In this document: positions 1 to 10,538 of the stretch, in pieces | How the letters are laid out: each line of letters begins with the position of its first letter | How positions within the stretch are numbered: the first letter of the stretch is position 1 | From: Epithemia pelagica | Taxonomy: Eukaryota > Protista > Bacillariophyta | Assembly: GCA_946965045.2 (NCBI GenBank) | Contig: OX337241.1 | Location: 3,038,001-3,102,000, forward strand | Length of the DNA: 64,000 nt | Reading direction: 5' to 3' | Notes under the pieces: generated by a model | Told to the model about the DNA's origin: nothing | Database searches by the model: none | What the model saw: only the letters and a program-made list of their open reading frames with translations | Made by a program: the position numbers and the translations under genes

Positions 1-1731
1 TGGGTAGCACTGGCTAGGGCGCTAGCAAGGCGGAGTCCTGGGTTCGTTCCCGTGTTCTCGGACGTAGTATCATCTTTGTTCTCGTGTGCTGCGTCGTAGG
101 CCCGTTTCTTATCTCCTGTCAGACCACGTCCGTTACACGTTGCGGACGTGTGGTTTTTATTGGTCGACCACTTTCCGTGCCACTTGCACCAGTACCACAT
201 TTTTCCGTTGACTTCCTTCGTCTCGGACTGACCACTCTTTGGTCCCACCGTAAGCCAGGCCTTATCGTTGTCAGTTGCCTTGTCCGTCTTCCCTTTGTTT
301 GTCTGTTTCTTCTGGTCAGTGGGGTTAGTCTTACGTTTCTGTTCCTTGAGTTTATTCACGGATGCTTCAAGTGCGATCAATTTCTGGTCGCGTGCCGAGA
401 GAGCCTGCCATTTCTTCTGTTCCACGAGCGTCTGGTACTTGGTGCGAGCAACGCTCATTAGTTGACGCGGGGTCAGTCCTGGATTGTCTCCTTCTTCATA
501 TGCGTTCTTCTTGCGACGAATGAACTCTAGAAAGTTATCGTCGTTCACGGTTTCGTAGGCCTTAAATAGATTCGGTAGAAGGTCGAGCGTCTGCTCGCCG
601 CGCGCGTTGAGAGCCCGAAGAGTCTCGTCTACATAGAAGTTAAACTTGGCGATGTCCGCGTTCACATCCATAATATAGATGTGAAGGTCAGCCAAGCGTT
701 GGCGTAGAACCATAACGGTGGCTTCAGTGTCCACATGTGCCAACGAGATCAAAACCTTGAGGAGAAGGGGTCCGGAACCACGCCCATCGATAGTGAAGTC
801 TTCGCGTCGAATATTGACCTGTGCCTTAGCGTCGTCGGTAAGTGATGCCATAATGCAAGTGTATGCCATGTATGCATTCTGTGTCTGACGATTGGCTCCA
901 TTGAAGTGTTCAACATAGGCACGGACTTGTTGCAAGGAGACGCGACCGTACTCGCTGGTGAGCAAACGAAGATTGGCGTTGGGGGCAGCGATCGCTTCTG
1001 GAATTGCAAAGATCGAAGTCCAGTTTTGTTCAACGATCCTGTCTTGGAGAGTGTCAAGGAACGTCTTGAGTCCGTCGGCTTCAAGGTCGTAGAGATCTCC
1101 GCTATCGTATAATCCGCGAATCGCTTGCTTGTAAAACTTCGCTCCTCCTGCCGTCGTGAAGTTGATCACTTGATTGGCGTTGGCATGAGCGGGTGAAAGG
1201 GCAAAATTTGCGGCCATGGTGGATGATGAATTGACAACGTTTTAGCTGTAAACAGCGCAGAGGAAGCGTGTTGTTTTCCTGCTACCGTGGGCAACAAGAA
1301 CGAGCTCAACCCGTGTAAAACAAAGTTAAGTTGTGTGCTTAGTCTTTTACTTCTACTCGTAGCGATGGCTGTGATCCGTTGGATCATCGGCCGTTGGATA
1401 AAGTAGATTGGAGATCTTTTTGCGATCTTGTTGCAATCTTGGTTTCCTATGTATCGTCGTCCAGCCCGTTCTTGCCTGTCAGAATGTTTAGACGACGACT
1501 GTTATGGGATGCCATAGGATCTCGTTTCTCTATGTATTGGACTTGTTTGGGCCGTTATTGTTGATGACGCGTTGCTCCAAATGAGACTTGGTCGGCCCAT
1601 TGGTTCGTTTGTTCTGTTTGAAATAACGATGGTACTCGTCTCTTGTCGGTCGAATCTTCTACTTCCGAATGCCGGTTCCGAATATTGGTCGCACTTCTTC
1701 ATTTACTGACCATATCTCATTATTTTGAACA
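1..1731 (-). mobile_element. 5' part of a Copia/CoDi LTR retrotransposon (gag, leader, probable 5' LTR ending near ...TTGAACA at 1731)
   Basis: Contains the gag ORF. TTTTGAACA at 1723-1731 resembles the TG...CA terminus of the other Copia in this window. The inner LTR boundary could not be fixed because the second LTR is outside the window. Confidence 0.55.
3..1217 (-). CDS. Gag of a diatom Copia (CoDi-type) LTR retrotransposon; ORF runs off the left edge of the window
   Basis: Hand translation of the minus strand from the ATG at 1217 is open to the window edge: MAANFALSPAHANANQVINF...GPLLLKVLISLAHVDTEAT...DIAKFNFYV...LNARGEQTLDLLPNLFKAYE...KMWYWCKWHGKWSTNKNHTSATC. These motifs resemble diatom CoDi gag. 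Not in the ORF track because it has no stop inside the window. Confidence 0.85.
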   Translation of the reverse strand, partial: MAANFALSPAHANANQVINFTTAGGAKFYKQAIRGLYDSGDLYDLEADGLKTFLDTLQDRIVEQNWTSIFAIPEAIAAPNANLRLLTSEYGRVSLQQVRAYVEHFNGANRQTQNAYMAYTCIMASLTDDAKAQVNIRREDFTIDGRGSGPLLLKVLISLAHVDTEATVMVLRQRLADLHIYIMDVNADIAKFNFYVDETLRALNARGEQTLDLLPNLFKAYETVNDDNFLEFIRRKKNAYEEGDNPGLTPRQLMSVARTKYQTLVEQKKWQALSARDQKLIALEASVNKLKEQKRKTNPTDQKKQTNKGKTDKATDNDKAWLTVGPKSGQSETKEVNGKMWYWCKWHGKWSTNKNHTSATCNGRGLTGDKKRAYDAAHENKDDTTSENTGTNPGLRLASALASAT

Positions 1732-2703
1732 GCTGTCAAGCTAGGTACTTTTTTCGAGCCTCCACATTTGGATGTACCTCCAATGGGGCGACTTTGTGAT
1801 CGATTCAGCAGGTCCTCATGGTATCATGTCGAGAAAGGGTCCACATAATTGGCGACCAGACTGCCATGCGGTGCCACAGCACAAAGAGATTTGCGTGGTC
1901 TTGCTGTTGGGGTTGATACTGATCCACTAATAGTCGGTCAATACTGGAGGAGGATTTTCGTTCCACGAAAGACATGTGGATGAGGAAGCATACCATCGTC
2001 CTAGTGCTCTTGTTGTTGTTGTTGTTGTTGTTTGTTGCACTTGACCTCCTGTTGCGAATCGAAAGCCAAGGTACGATTTCTGGCTTGTTGCGATGAAAGT
2101 TGTCATTGAGTATGTTCATCTTGCTAGAGTCTTCTTTAGAGTCTTTCTCGACGGGAGATGTGAGAGCAAATCACAGCAGAAAACGCTGCCAGAAGGCGCG
2201 AAAACGACGGCGACAGACACATTGTGGATTGTGGTATCTTTTCTTTTGTCGTTCGTTTCAATATGAATATTCCCTCAAACTGATGTGGAGTCCCTCTCCC
2301 CCAAAGTCTGGAGTCCCTTCCAAATCTTCACATTCCGAGCGTTGCGTGTGTACGAGTGGTCTCACATAGGAGTTGCTCTTCAGCACGAGTAGCCTTTAAG
2401 TAGCACGTATCCCCCTCGAAAACTGAGCTCCTACGCTCAATCCCAGCAATTCACCAACCTCATAGCCATATTGAAAACAAAACAAGAAGACCATGGCGGC
2501 AGTTTGATCAACCTTTACACAATCATACCTCTGTCATGCCTCCTCCTGCTACCCGCCAGTGTGCTGTTACGAGTTTCCCGACAGAAATTGGTCTATTCCT
2601 TGTCTCAGAGAGCAACCTCTTTCCATCCGTCCACTCTCATTTTGTTTCTATTTCTGTTCGAGCAATTCACTGCTCTGCCCATGTAAATCAAGACGATCCA
2701 TCA

Positions 2704-2991
2704 ATGGAAAGTACAATGAAAGTGTCATTTTGGTCTGCAAATTCAGACCAACCAGTCCACGAAGCCATTGTTTCTGTTCCACTTGAATGGTCTCCAAGAA
2801 TCTTTCTGGCAGCAATACGATTGACCGTCACCCAACGAAACAACGTTTGCCTGTATAAAGTGACCGACACTCCACCAGGCTACTGCCGGATCAATGAGGT
2901 CCATTGGCTGTATGAGAACATTACAGCAACAACCAGGAGTATTTTGGAAGAGCAACATGCTTTTGTCTTTATTTTTGGTGGTGACTCGTAA
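2704..2991 (+). CDS. Small hypothetical protein (95 aa), convergent with the RAG1-like transposase
   Basis: 3' part of track ORF 2536..2991 from the ATG at 2704. Globular-looking sequence ending FVFIFGGDS; stop is 66 bp from the transposase stop. Confidence 0.35.
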   Translation: MESTMKVSFWSANSDQPVHEAIVSVPLEWSPRIFLAAIRLTVTQRNNVCLYKVTDTPPGYCRINEVHWLYENITATTRSILEEQHAFVFIFGGDS

Positions 2992-3056
2992 TCAACACAC
3001 AAGTACAAAGCAAAAACAAGCAGCAATTAATGATGGTTTATTAGTATCTTTCATGA

Positions 3057-6000
3057 CTATCTGGTTTTTATTGTATCAATTCGGATTGATTTTAAGCAAG
3101 GAAAAGGGTCAGTTCGGAGAGGTAAAGAGAGCAGATCATTGTGATCATCGTCTCGTTTCAATTTCTTTTGCCGACTATTCTCATCCCTCCGCATATCCTC
3201 CTTTCTTTTCTGACGCTTTCTTTCTTGTACCTTTGCCACTTGGGCTCTCACTTGCGGAAGCTTTGAAATGGTTTCATCTACAATGTGGGAGAGGCTTGCT
3301 GACTGATGATTGAGAGATTTTGTCCGTGCCTCAGCTTGCAAACCAGTCTGATGAACTCTCTCGCCTTGCTCTTCTGTCAAGTCTCCTACTCCTTTGTAGT
3401 ATCTAACAGAAGCAAGCAGATGATCCTCCACAAAATGAAACTTTGGTGTGATACTCAAACCAAGAGCTCGCCACATATATGAGGATTGTTTAATTTGTTT
3501 TGCGAGCCTCTCGTAGTCGAGGCTGGTTGGGTGGTATCGCTTTATGGAACACAATGAAAAGACAGCATCAAGGTGTCCAAGTAACCTTTCATAGCCATCC
3601 AATACTGTCTTGATTGTATCTTGAGAAGCAACGACATCGCTATCATCCATACCAATCCAAACCAAGAGACACTCATTCCATAATGACGCAAAGATTTCGC
3701 GGCGGTTCCGAAGAAGAGCTCGCAAAGAATTTCCCTGTAAGTCTCCCCCATGGTATATAGCTGGCTTTATGCCATGCTTCTTCAATACATCTTCAATCCA
3801 CGCTCGTAGTGGCTGACCAGTGGCTTTGCTGTTGGCTGGTAGTTGTGCCTCTTTCTCCCACTGCTGTTTTATGAGCTTCAGTTTCTCTTTTGCTGCTTTC
3901 AGCTTGTCCTTTGCTTGTTGCTGCGCTGGTCCAGTAAGTTGGGTACTGCGATTGGCTTCGGCAATACTTGCCACAGTGTCTTGTTGTTGATACGTTGCTG
4001 TTTCAAGAGCAACGTACTGCTCAGTGTACTGTTCCGCAGCACTTTGCAATTGCGAGATGAGACTGTCATGCACCTTATTGCCCAATCCAAGGAGTAAATG
4101 GAGAATTGGTGGAGCAGTGTCCTTTACCTCTACACACAACAATGGCTGCTGATCAGTTTTGAAGCCTCGTACATTGTTTGCACTATTCAAATATGCCGCA
4201 GAGCTGCTTTTCAACACATTTCGATGTGCCGCCATGCTTTGAAGTGTCCACATACGACCATGTCTCCTGTGTACTCGTGACCATTCTGCTTTGCTCAGGT
4301 CACAGTACCAACACCAGCAAGAAGAATAGCCTTCACGACCATAGTTTGTCATGATCTGAGAGCCATCTCCACAGCTGATGCATTGGATTGGAACGTGTCT
4401 AAGCTCTGGATCCCATTCGTTAGATACGGTTTCGTCTCCCAATGTAACTAACACAGCCCTTTCACGACCCTCTGTTGCTCTTCTCTGCCACACACTAATG
4501 GACCCAGCTTCAATTATCTTGGCTATTGCTTGATTTATGTGTGGCATAAAGGTTTTTGACAGGATTTCATAAGTGTCTTTCCGACACTTCGCCCGGGCAA
4601 CAAGGAAGGGTTCAGATCTTTCGCAATGCTTGTCTCCGTCTATCCAACGAGTAATGATGCAGAGACAACCTCGTGAAGCCCCTTGGCCATGATCACAGGA
4701 CCATAATAAGTCAATGGAATGAAATTGTGGTATTTTGGATGACTGCTTCACAACAGAAATGACATAGGTCTTCAATGTTTCGACTATATCACGGCAGAAC
4801 CATTCCACGGAACGACTTCTCGATAAAGAGAGAGACGATGTTGTCGGTGGAGGAATTAGCGATCGAGACACAAGCAATTCCTTCCTAATTTTGTCTCTTC
4901 CTGCCATGACCGTTCGTCCAAAGTGGACGCGAAGATGGCTGGCAATGATCTCTGCTTGCGTTGTATTCAATCCAGCTTCGCAAAGCATTGCTGTTGTTTC
5001 AATGACAGACATCGGCTTGACAACAACAATGTTTTTGCAAGAGCTTGCAGCACTGAGCATTGCTTCGGGGTATCTGTTTCCGACAAAAGCCAAGAGAATA
5101 GCAGCGGCGTGTTCCATTGATGACAGACCATCGGCCTCTACTTCCTCTTCATTTTCTTCTTCATCAATGTGATCCTGCTCTCGTTCAATGGAACAAGAGT
5201 CAGGAACAAACTGCTTCAAAATATTGTCAAGGAATGGATGATCTCGTTCATTCTCTCGTAAACACTTCATATTGCGTGACTTTGGTATCCGACAGAGACG
5301 GATGCGAGTAGAGTTCCCCATCTGAACGTTGAAGAGATCATACTTTCTCTTTGACTGTTCGAGAGTAACTAGGTTGCGAAGTACTGTCGAGACTGACCAG
5401 GTATTAGATGGGTCAATGCCAAACTTTTGGAGCGCATGTAAGGATTTGGCCTCAGCAAGAGGCGACATCATTGTGGATGAGACTGCCATTGCTGAGCGTT
5501 CTTCTCTTTTCTTTCGAAGGTCTTGGCCAAGTTTTATTATGATGTCCGCTGCATCCTTGTCAAAACTTTTAGGTTTTCTCCACCATGAGCGACTTGCAAG
5601 CTGTTCCCTTTTGAATATCTTGGGAAGAAGAAACTGATTGATTGTTCGGAATATCATTTCGTGCTCCTCCATTTTGTGTCGGTATTCTATTGTTGCTGAT
5701 TCATCCATACCAGGATTGTCTGGAGAAAAACAAACTTCAGGCAATGGAGCTGCTGAGGAAAGAGTACTGCGAGACAGGGATGGCTGCATTTCTTGCTTAA
5801 TGGCCTGTTTGAGTTGATCAACAAATGGTTTCAGGCTGATTCGTCTTGGTGGCTGCGATAGGTGACGAGGCTCTTCATACAGTGGGAGGGCTCTTTGCCC
5901 AACTCCCAGTTTAATCCAGATACACTTTTGGTCCCTTTTTTTGGTTTCCACCTTGTCTTGGTACTCGGAATAGGTGAACAGGCGACTTGTATACGACAGT

Positions 6001-6248
6001 TCAGCCATGTTCAACAGTCGATCAAATCCATCAGCTGCATTCCGTACCAAATTTTGGCCTTTCTTCTTTTTCATTTTAGTCACTTCAAATACAATTTGCA
6101 TTTCTTTGTCATCAAGACAACACAAACAAGCAATACTCCATGGGTGGGTGGCAGGGAGAAACAAACCATAGTGGAAACAGGATCCCTTGTTGGCTTCCTT
6201 GAGTAGAAGCACAAAAGCTTCCTCGATAGAGGTCGGTGAAAAATCCAT
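3057..6248 (-). CDS. RAG1/Transib-like DDE transposase (1063 aa, uninterrupted)
   Basis: Motifs in RAG1 order: WSCDHG (D1, ~4693), SCGDG (D2, ~4366), CWYC (Zn), PPILHLLLGLGN, GGDLQGNSLRALL, TPKFHFVEDH (HxxxxH), GDLTEEQGERVH (E, ~3361). Spacings are D1-D2 109 aa, D2-C 18 aa, H-E 20 aa, against about 108/19/20 in RAG1. Confidence 0.8.
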   Translation of the reverse strand: MDFSPTSIEEAFVLLLKEANKGSCFHYGLFLPATHPWSIACLCCLDDKEMQIVFEVTKMKKKKGQNLVRNAADGFDRLLNMAELSYTSRLFTYSEYQDKVETKKRDQKCIWIKLGVGQRALPLYEEPRHLSQPPRRISLKPFVDQLKQAIKQEMQPSLSRSTLSSAAPLPEVCFSPDNPGMDESATIEYRHKMEEHEMIFRTINQFLLPKIFKREQLASRSWWRKPKSFDKDAADIIIKLGQDLRKKREERSAMAVSSTMMSPLAEAKSLHALQKFGIDPSNTWSVSTVLRNLVTLEQSKRKYDLFNVQMGNSTRIRLCRIPKSRNMKCLRENERDHPFLDNILKQFVPDSCSIEREQDHIDEEENEEEVEADGLSSMEHAAAILLAFVGNRYPEAMLSAASSCKNIVVVKPMSVIETTAMLCEAGLNTTQAEIIASHLRVHFGRTVMAGRDKIRKELLVSRSLIPPPTTSSLSLSRSRSVEWFCRDIVETLKTYVISVVKQSSKIPQFHSIDLLWSCDHGQGASRGCLCIITRWIDGDKHCERSEPFLVARAKCRKDTYEILSKTFMPHINQAIAKIIEAGSISVWQRRATEGRERAVLVTLGDETVSNEWDPELRHVPIQCISCGDGSQIMTNYGREGYSSCWCWYCDLSKAEWSRVHRRHGRMWTLQSMAAHRNVLKSSSAAYLNSANNVRGFKTDQQPLLCVEVKDTAPPILHLLLGLGNKVHDSLISQLQSAAEQYTEQYVALETATYQQQDTVASIAEANRSTQLTGPAQQQAKDKLKAAKEKLKLIKQQWEKEAQLPANSKATGQPLRAWIEDVLKKHGIKPAIYHGGDLQGNSLRALLRNRREIFASLWNECLLVWIGMDDSDVVASQDTIKTVLDGYERLLGHLDAVFSLCSIKRYHPTSLDYERLAKQIKQSSYMWRALGLSITPKFHFVEDHLLASVRYYKGVGDLTEEQGERVHQTGLQAEARTKSLNHQSASLSHIVDETISKLPQVRAQVAKVQERKRQKRKEDMRRDENSRQKKLKRDDDHNDLLSLPLRTDPFPCLKSIRIDTIKTR

Positions 6249-6768
6249 TATATCTCTTGAAGAAATGGCACAGCACCAATATAATTTTGTGGGAACCTCT
6301 CTTGGGCCGTGTTATCAGTGACACTGGCTTTGTATTGATAACAGAGATGATTCAGATGAGAAACTGGATGTTGTTCATGGTCAAGCCACTCTAATTTCCG
6401 GAACGTGGATGGAACGAAACGCGTTGATCCACGGAGGAGATTGAGTCGCACTTTGGAGCTTTACTATTTTTAGCGGAATACCGACGGGCGCGCATAAACT
6501 ACTCTTTATTCTATACTATGTGTGCGTTGAGTATAAATCTGGGGGCCATCGGAACGTGCTTGGCGTCGCGGAATCAGGCTCGCAGAGGCGCGCCGACCGA
6601 GACGAGACAATCCGTCAGTCCGATATTACGCTCCAGCGTGGGTGAGTTTTGTATTTGGGAAATAAAGTGAATGCTCACAACTGAACCCTGGATCTTGACC
6701 GCTGGGGATAAGTCCGAACCCATCATCAATCCATCAATCACATAGCATCAAAACTGATGCCTTCTTCC

Positions 6769-6780
6769 GATCCTCATAAA
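6769..6780 (+). promoter_or_regulatory. Conserved GATCCTCATAAA motif 25-40 nt upstream of the kelch ATG (also at 14638, 23610, 27496 variant, 31357, 50216)
   Basis: Same 12-mer at a similar distance before 6 of 7 complete kelch copies; TATA/initiator-like position. Confidence 0.6.
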
Positions 6781-6805
6781 TCCGCTGCAGTCATTGTTTG
6801 GAACC

Positions 6806-8005
6806 ATGCCCACGACGTTGAAAGAACAAGCATGGCATTCGGGCCTTGCCTTGTTGAACGAGACACCAGAATGGAATGAAAACGATTGGCCTCCTCTTGT
6901 GGGAGGAGCGCGAGACCGTCAAACTACGGTCGTACTTGATCATCCCGATAAGGAAAACGATAACTTTCACGACAGACAAACGGTCGTCGTGATGGGAGGT
7001 TACAGACAAGCCCCAGGTGCCACGGATTCCGTTCTTGTATTGAATCTATCGGACCCAGACAAGCAGTGGCGAGAAGGACCATCCATGGACAAGACACGTG
7101 CTGGACATTCCGCTGTTGTTTGCAATGGCGGCGTGTACGTGATGGGAGGATACAATCGACTAACTTTGGATTGTATTGAACGAATCGATGCCAATGATTT
7201 GATTCAATCATCCTTTACAACCACCACCACGCAGGATAGTTATTGGACAACATTGACATGTCGATTATCAACGGGACGAGTGGGATGTTGTGCTGTTGCC
7301 GTGCACAACCGATACATCGTTGTAATGGGTGGACGCAGCAATCGTTATTGGTCGTCGGTGGATATTGTTGATACCAGTAACCACACTACCATTGAGGGAC
7401 CATCCATGACTGTTCCTCGATCATATTTTGGCAGCGCAGTCGTTGGACACCGCATCTTTGTCGTTGGAGGCCGAAACAGTGACGAAATACTTGATTCGGT
7501 GGAGTATTTGGACTTTGTAGAGGAGAGAAAAGACGACTCTTTGATGACAGTCATTTCCTCCTCGTCCGCTTGGACCACTCACTCTGAATTGGTGCTTTCC
7601 AACCCTCGAGCTTTTTGTGCAATGGTAGCCGTGGGATTTTGTCTGGTGGTGGCGGGAGGACGAGGCAATTTAAGTGTGGAAGTCTTGGATACGCTTCGCA
7701 ACCGCGTGTGGAATCTCCGTCGACTGCAAGAACAACGATGGTGCTGCAGTATGGTGACAGTTGCCAATCAAGTTGCCGTGATCGGTGGACTGGACAATCG
7801 TACCTGTGCGACATTCCCATTAATGGACAAGAATACGTGGTGTTTTCGACGACTCTATGAGCAGCCTCAGAACGAATGGTACCAGTTCCGGGAAGGAATG
7901 GGTATCCGAGATGCTGACATTTCGCGCTTTTCCACCTCGACATCAGTTCGTAAACGCGCAAGGTCCAATGCGCACCGTGGTGATGAAGGGAAGGATGAAA
8001 ATTGA
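6806..8005 (+). CDS. Kelch-repeat (6-blade beta-propeller) protein, copy K1
   Basis: Six GG-containing kelch motifs (VVVMGG, VYVMGG, IVVMGG, IFVVGG, LVVAGG, VAVIGG) with W...M...R..H/C linkers, and a C-terminal RKRAR. Start chosen by homology (AACCATG). Confidence 0.92.
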   Translation: MPTTLKEQAWHSGLALLNETPEWNENDWPPLVGGARDRQTTVVLDHPDKENDNFHDRQTVVVMGGYRQAPGATDSVLVLNLSDPDKQWREGPSMDKTRAGHSAVVCNGGVYVMGGYNRLTLDCIERIDANDLIQSSFTTTTTQDSYWTTLTCRLSTGRVGCCAVAVHNRYIVVMGGRSNRYWSSVDIVDTSNHTTIEGPSMTVPRSYFGSAVVGHRIFVVGGRNSDEILDSVEYLDFVEERKDDSLMTVISSSSAWTTHSELVLSNPRAFCAMVAVGFCLVVAGGRGNLSVEVLDTLRNRVWNLRRLQEQRWCCSMVTVANQVAVIGGLDNRTCATFPLMDKNTWCFRRLYEQPQNEWYQFREGMGIRDADISRFSTSTSVRKRARSNAHRGDEGKDEN

Positions 8006-8399
8006 AATTTGCAACGTATTGCATGTATGTCGTAACAATAGTGGAATTATAGCATTATCATATTACTCTCAAACAGTAGTTGTAGTGTTTTCTTGATGAT
8101 ATTGCGACCTATAGAGATATCATGTACACCGTTGTACTAGTAGAAAACGAAAGTTACACTATCAGGCCTTGGATATAGATGCCCATGGTACCATGCCTCT
8201 CTGCTCGTGAATGAGTCAAGTTATCTTCCACAGTAGGGGTTCGTTTGTCCGTGTTCTTTCCACTCTTTCCTCCAGTAACCGACGCATCCGGCTCTACACT
8301 AATATCTTCCTTGAGCTCTTGTTTTTTTTTGGGAGTCATGTTTGCCACCCAAAACTTGTGCCAAGAGTTGCTGTATCCTTGTCAAGAGTCTATGCTGCA

Positions 8400-9650
8400 C
8401 TCGCTTTCTTTCCTTGTCCGTGCAGGTTTCAAAGGGCAATTCCAAGACAATGGCTTGTGCCAAGGAACCGGCATAAAAGGGCAGCATGAGCATGGTCAGC
8501 GTTTTGGTCACTTTCCATCCTTGACAATGAATGGCGGCAATCACAAAGACCAACATGCCCAACAAGACAATAATGGAAATTCAAATATTTTCCGATTCAA
8601 TTTCCACGATACTCGGTTTGCTCGGCCACGCCGTAGAGAGGATCCAGGGAATGGGCAACCCGGCCAAAATGTCAAAAATATTACTCCCAATCGAACTGCT
8701 GACGGCCATGTCTCCCGATCCGCGGCGAGCGACAATGACACTGGACTACAAGTCTGGCACTGAAGTTCCAGCCGCCAAGACGGTCAATTCCCTGATAACC
8801 GATGGAATGCCCAAGGTATTTCCAATAATCTCCGTCCACAAAACCATGAGATAGGAAAAGTCTCCAATCCAGGCAATGGACAAGAAAAAGGACAGATAAG
8901 ACCATCGACCGCCCCATCCCGGTCGTCGAACACCGGGCACGGTGACGGCCAAACAAAACACGAGCCGAAAGACCACAAGGTATTGGACCAACGCCAAACA
9001 CATCGAGACGACCGAGTCGTCCGGATCGCGCGTGGGTGGTTTCAAACTTTCCCAGACCCCCCTCCTTGTCTTCTTCCACCGCCTTTTTCTGCCGTACGTA
9101 CAAGATACCTTTCGGTACCATTTCGAAAGTTCTTCAAAGGTAATTTCCTCGCGACTTCCTTCCTTATACATGGCCGACAAGGCATTGGTCACATCTTGAT
9201 CGGTAGTGGTGGGATCCAAAATCGACCAAGAGCGCTCAAATTTCATGCTTGCCCAAGGTTCCACTCTGGTTCGTGTCCAAGGTTTCAAAGATGGAATGCA
9301 CTTGCACTCGAATCAATTCTTGCGAACTGGAATACCAGGTATTGAATTCGGCTCGACTGATTTTGTCATCGCCATCTTGATCCAATTCGTTAAAGACATC
9401 GTCCAATTCTTGTTCCGTCATGGTATTGTGAACATCCAAGACGGTCTAAAGAGTCGGCGCAATTCGTCCTTGTCAATATGACCATTGCCATTTGTATCAA
9501 TCCGATCAAAGACGTAATCGGCGTCGCTGGAAATCTTGGCGACAATGCCCATTCCACCACTGTGGACCCATGATTCGGGATAGCGCAACAACTTCAGAAG
9601 TCCGGCCCGAAAGGTTCCTTGCCATTGCAAATGCGTGTTGGTATGTCGTG
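8400..9650 (-). pseudogene. Frameshifted C-terminal part of an SLC24/NCKX-type cation/Ca2+ exchanger with an EF-hand cytosolic loop
   Basis: Fragments in different frames: FRAGLLKLL; EF-hands DTNGNGHIDKDE, DQDGDDKISRAE, DTNQSGTL; alpha-repeat IGNTLGIP..LTVLAAGTSVPDL...[17 protein letters not shown]; terminal TM segments. No N-terminal alpha-1 half was recognised. Confidence 0.8.
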
Positions 9651-10538
9651 GTGGTGGTGGTGGGTGGCGAACGTTTCATCCACCACCAATCGTTTCGTAT
9701 TGCGTTGTGGTTGCTGCAAACTTTTTTGACTGTGTCACTCCGCGCCGCTTGTTCCACCACCATCAACTGCGGATCATGGTGATCATCATCGCCATCTTGC
9801 GAATGGGTCAAATCTTGCCCAACCAGACTGTTCCGACACTGCCCGCCACTGGACAATGCGTCGCTCGTTCTTTGGCTTCCATGGCCTATTGGAATTGTAG
9901 ACAAGAGGACGAGAAGAATGGACTTGAATGGCCAAGTCGAGGGATGGGATGCATCCAAACACTGCGTATCTTCACCAATTTGAGCATACGCCTTTTCTTG
10001 TACGTTGACCACGGTCGTAAATGTCGAATCACTTGTAGCCTTGACGATAAGACTTTTTTTCTGGAGGCTTTTGATCACAGAATCACAGAAGAAGAGAGGG
10101 AGTCTAGGAGCGTCGTATTCCATCGATTTCCATGTTGGATCAGCATCTGTCAGAGCTGTGAGAGAATGCGCTCCAAAATGTAGTTCGTAGGACCAAGGGT
10201 AGAATGGTGCGTTCCATAAAAACGTTCGACGAGATGACTTGGAAATGAAAGGGATTGTCGATCTGTGAACCTATTCATCATATACAAAAAAGGATACAAA
10301 TGTCGCTCCCTCGTCGTTGTCGACCACAAAAGATACTTTTTATGGCGTGTCATGAAATCTATGTGCGATTGATTTCCCTTCACCATCGTACGCAGGACAG
10401 GCACACCTTTTCTGTCTTCACCGCGCGGTCTCCAGTCTCTACTCTCCACGCAACTTCCACGCGTTGCTCTATTTTACAAATAGGTAGACCCTCTCGTCGT
10501 GCTGTCATTTCTCGTCGACGTTGTCAAGCACCGTGACC

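Noticed and set aside
84-1112. Plus-strand ORFs 84..461 and 906..1112
   Set aside because: Antisense shadows of the minus-strand gag frame.
1380-1731. Self-priming PBS for the left-edge Copia
   Set aside because: No complementary segment of convincing length was found next to any candidate TG boundary, and the LTR limits are unknown.
2360-6720. TIRs for the RAG1/Transib-like element (for example GCACGT at ~2403 versus ACGTGC at ~6554)
   Set aside because: The match is only 6 bp with no supporting TSD, which is not distinguishable from chance.
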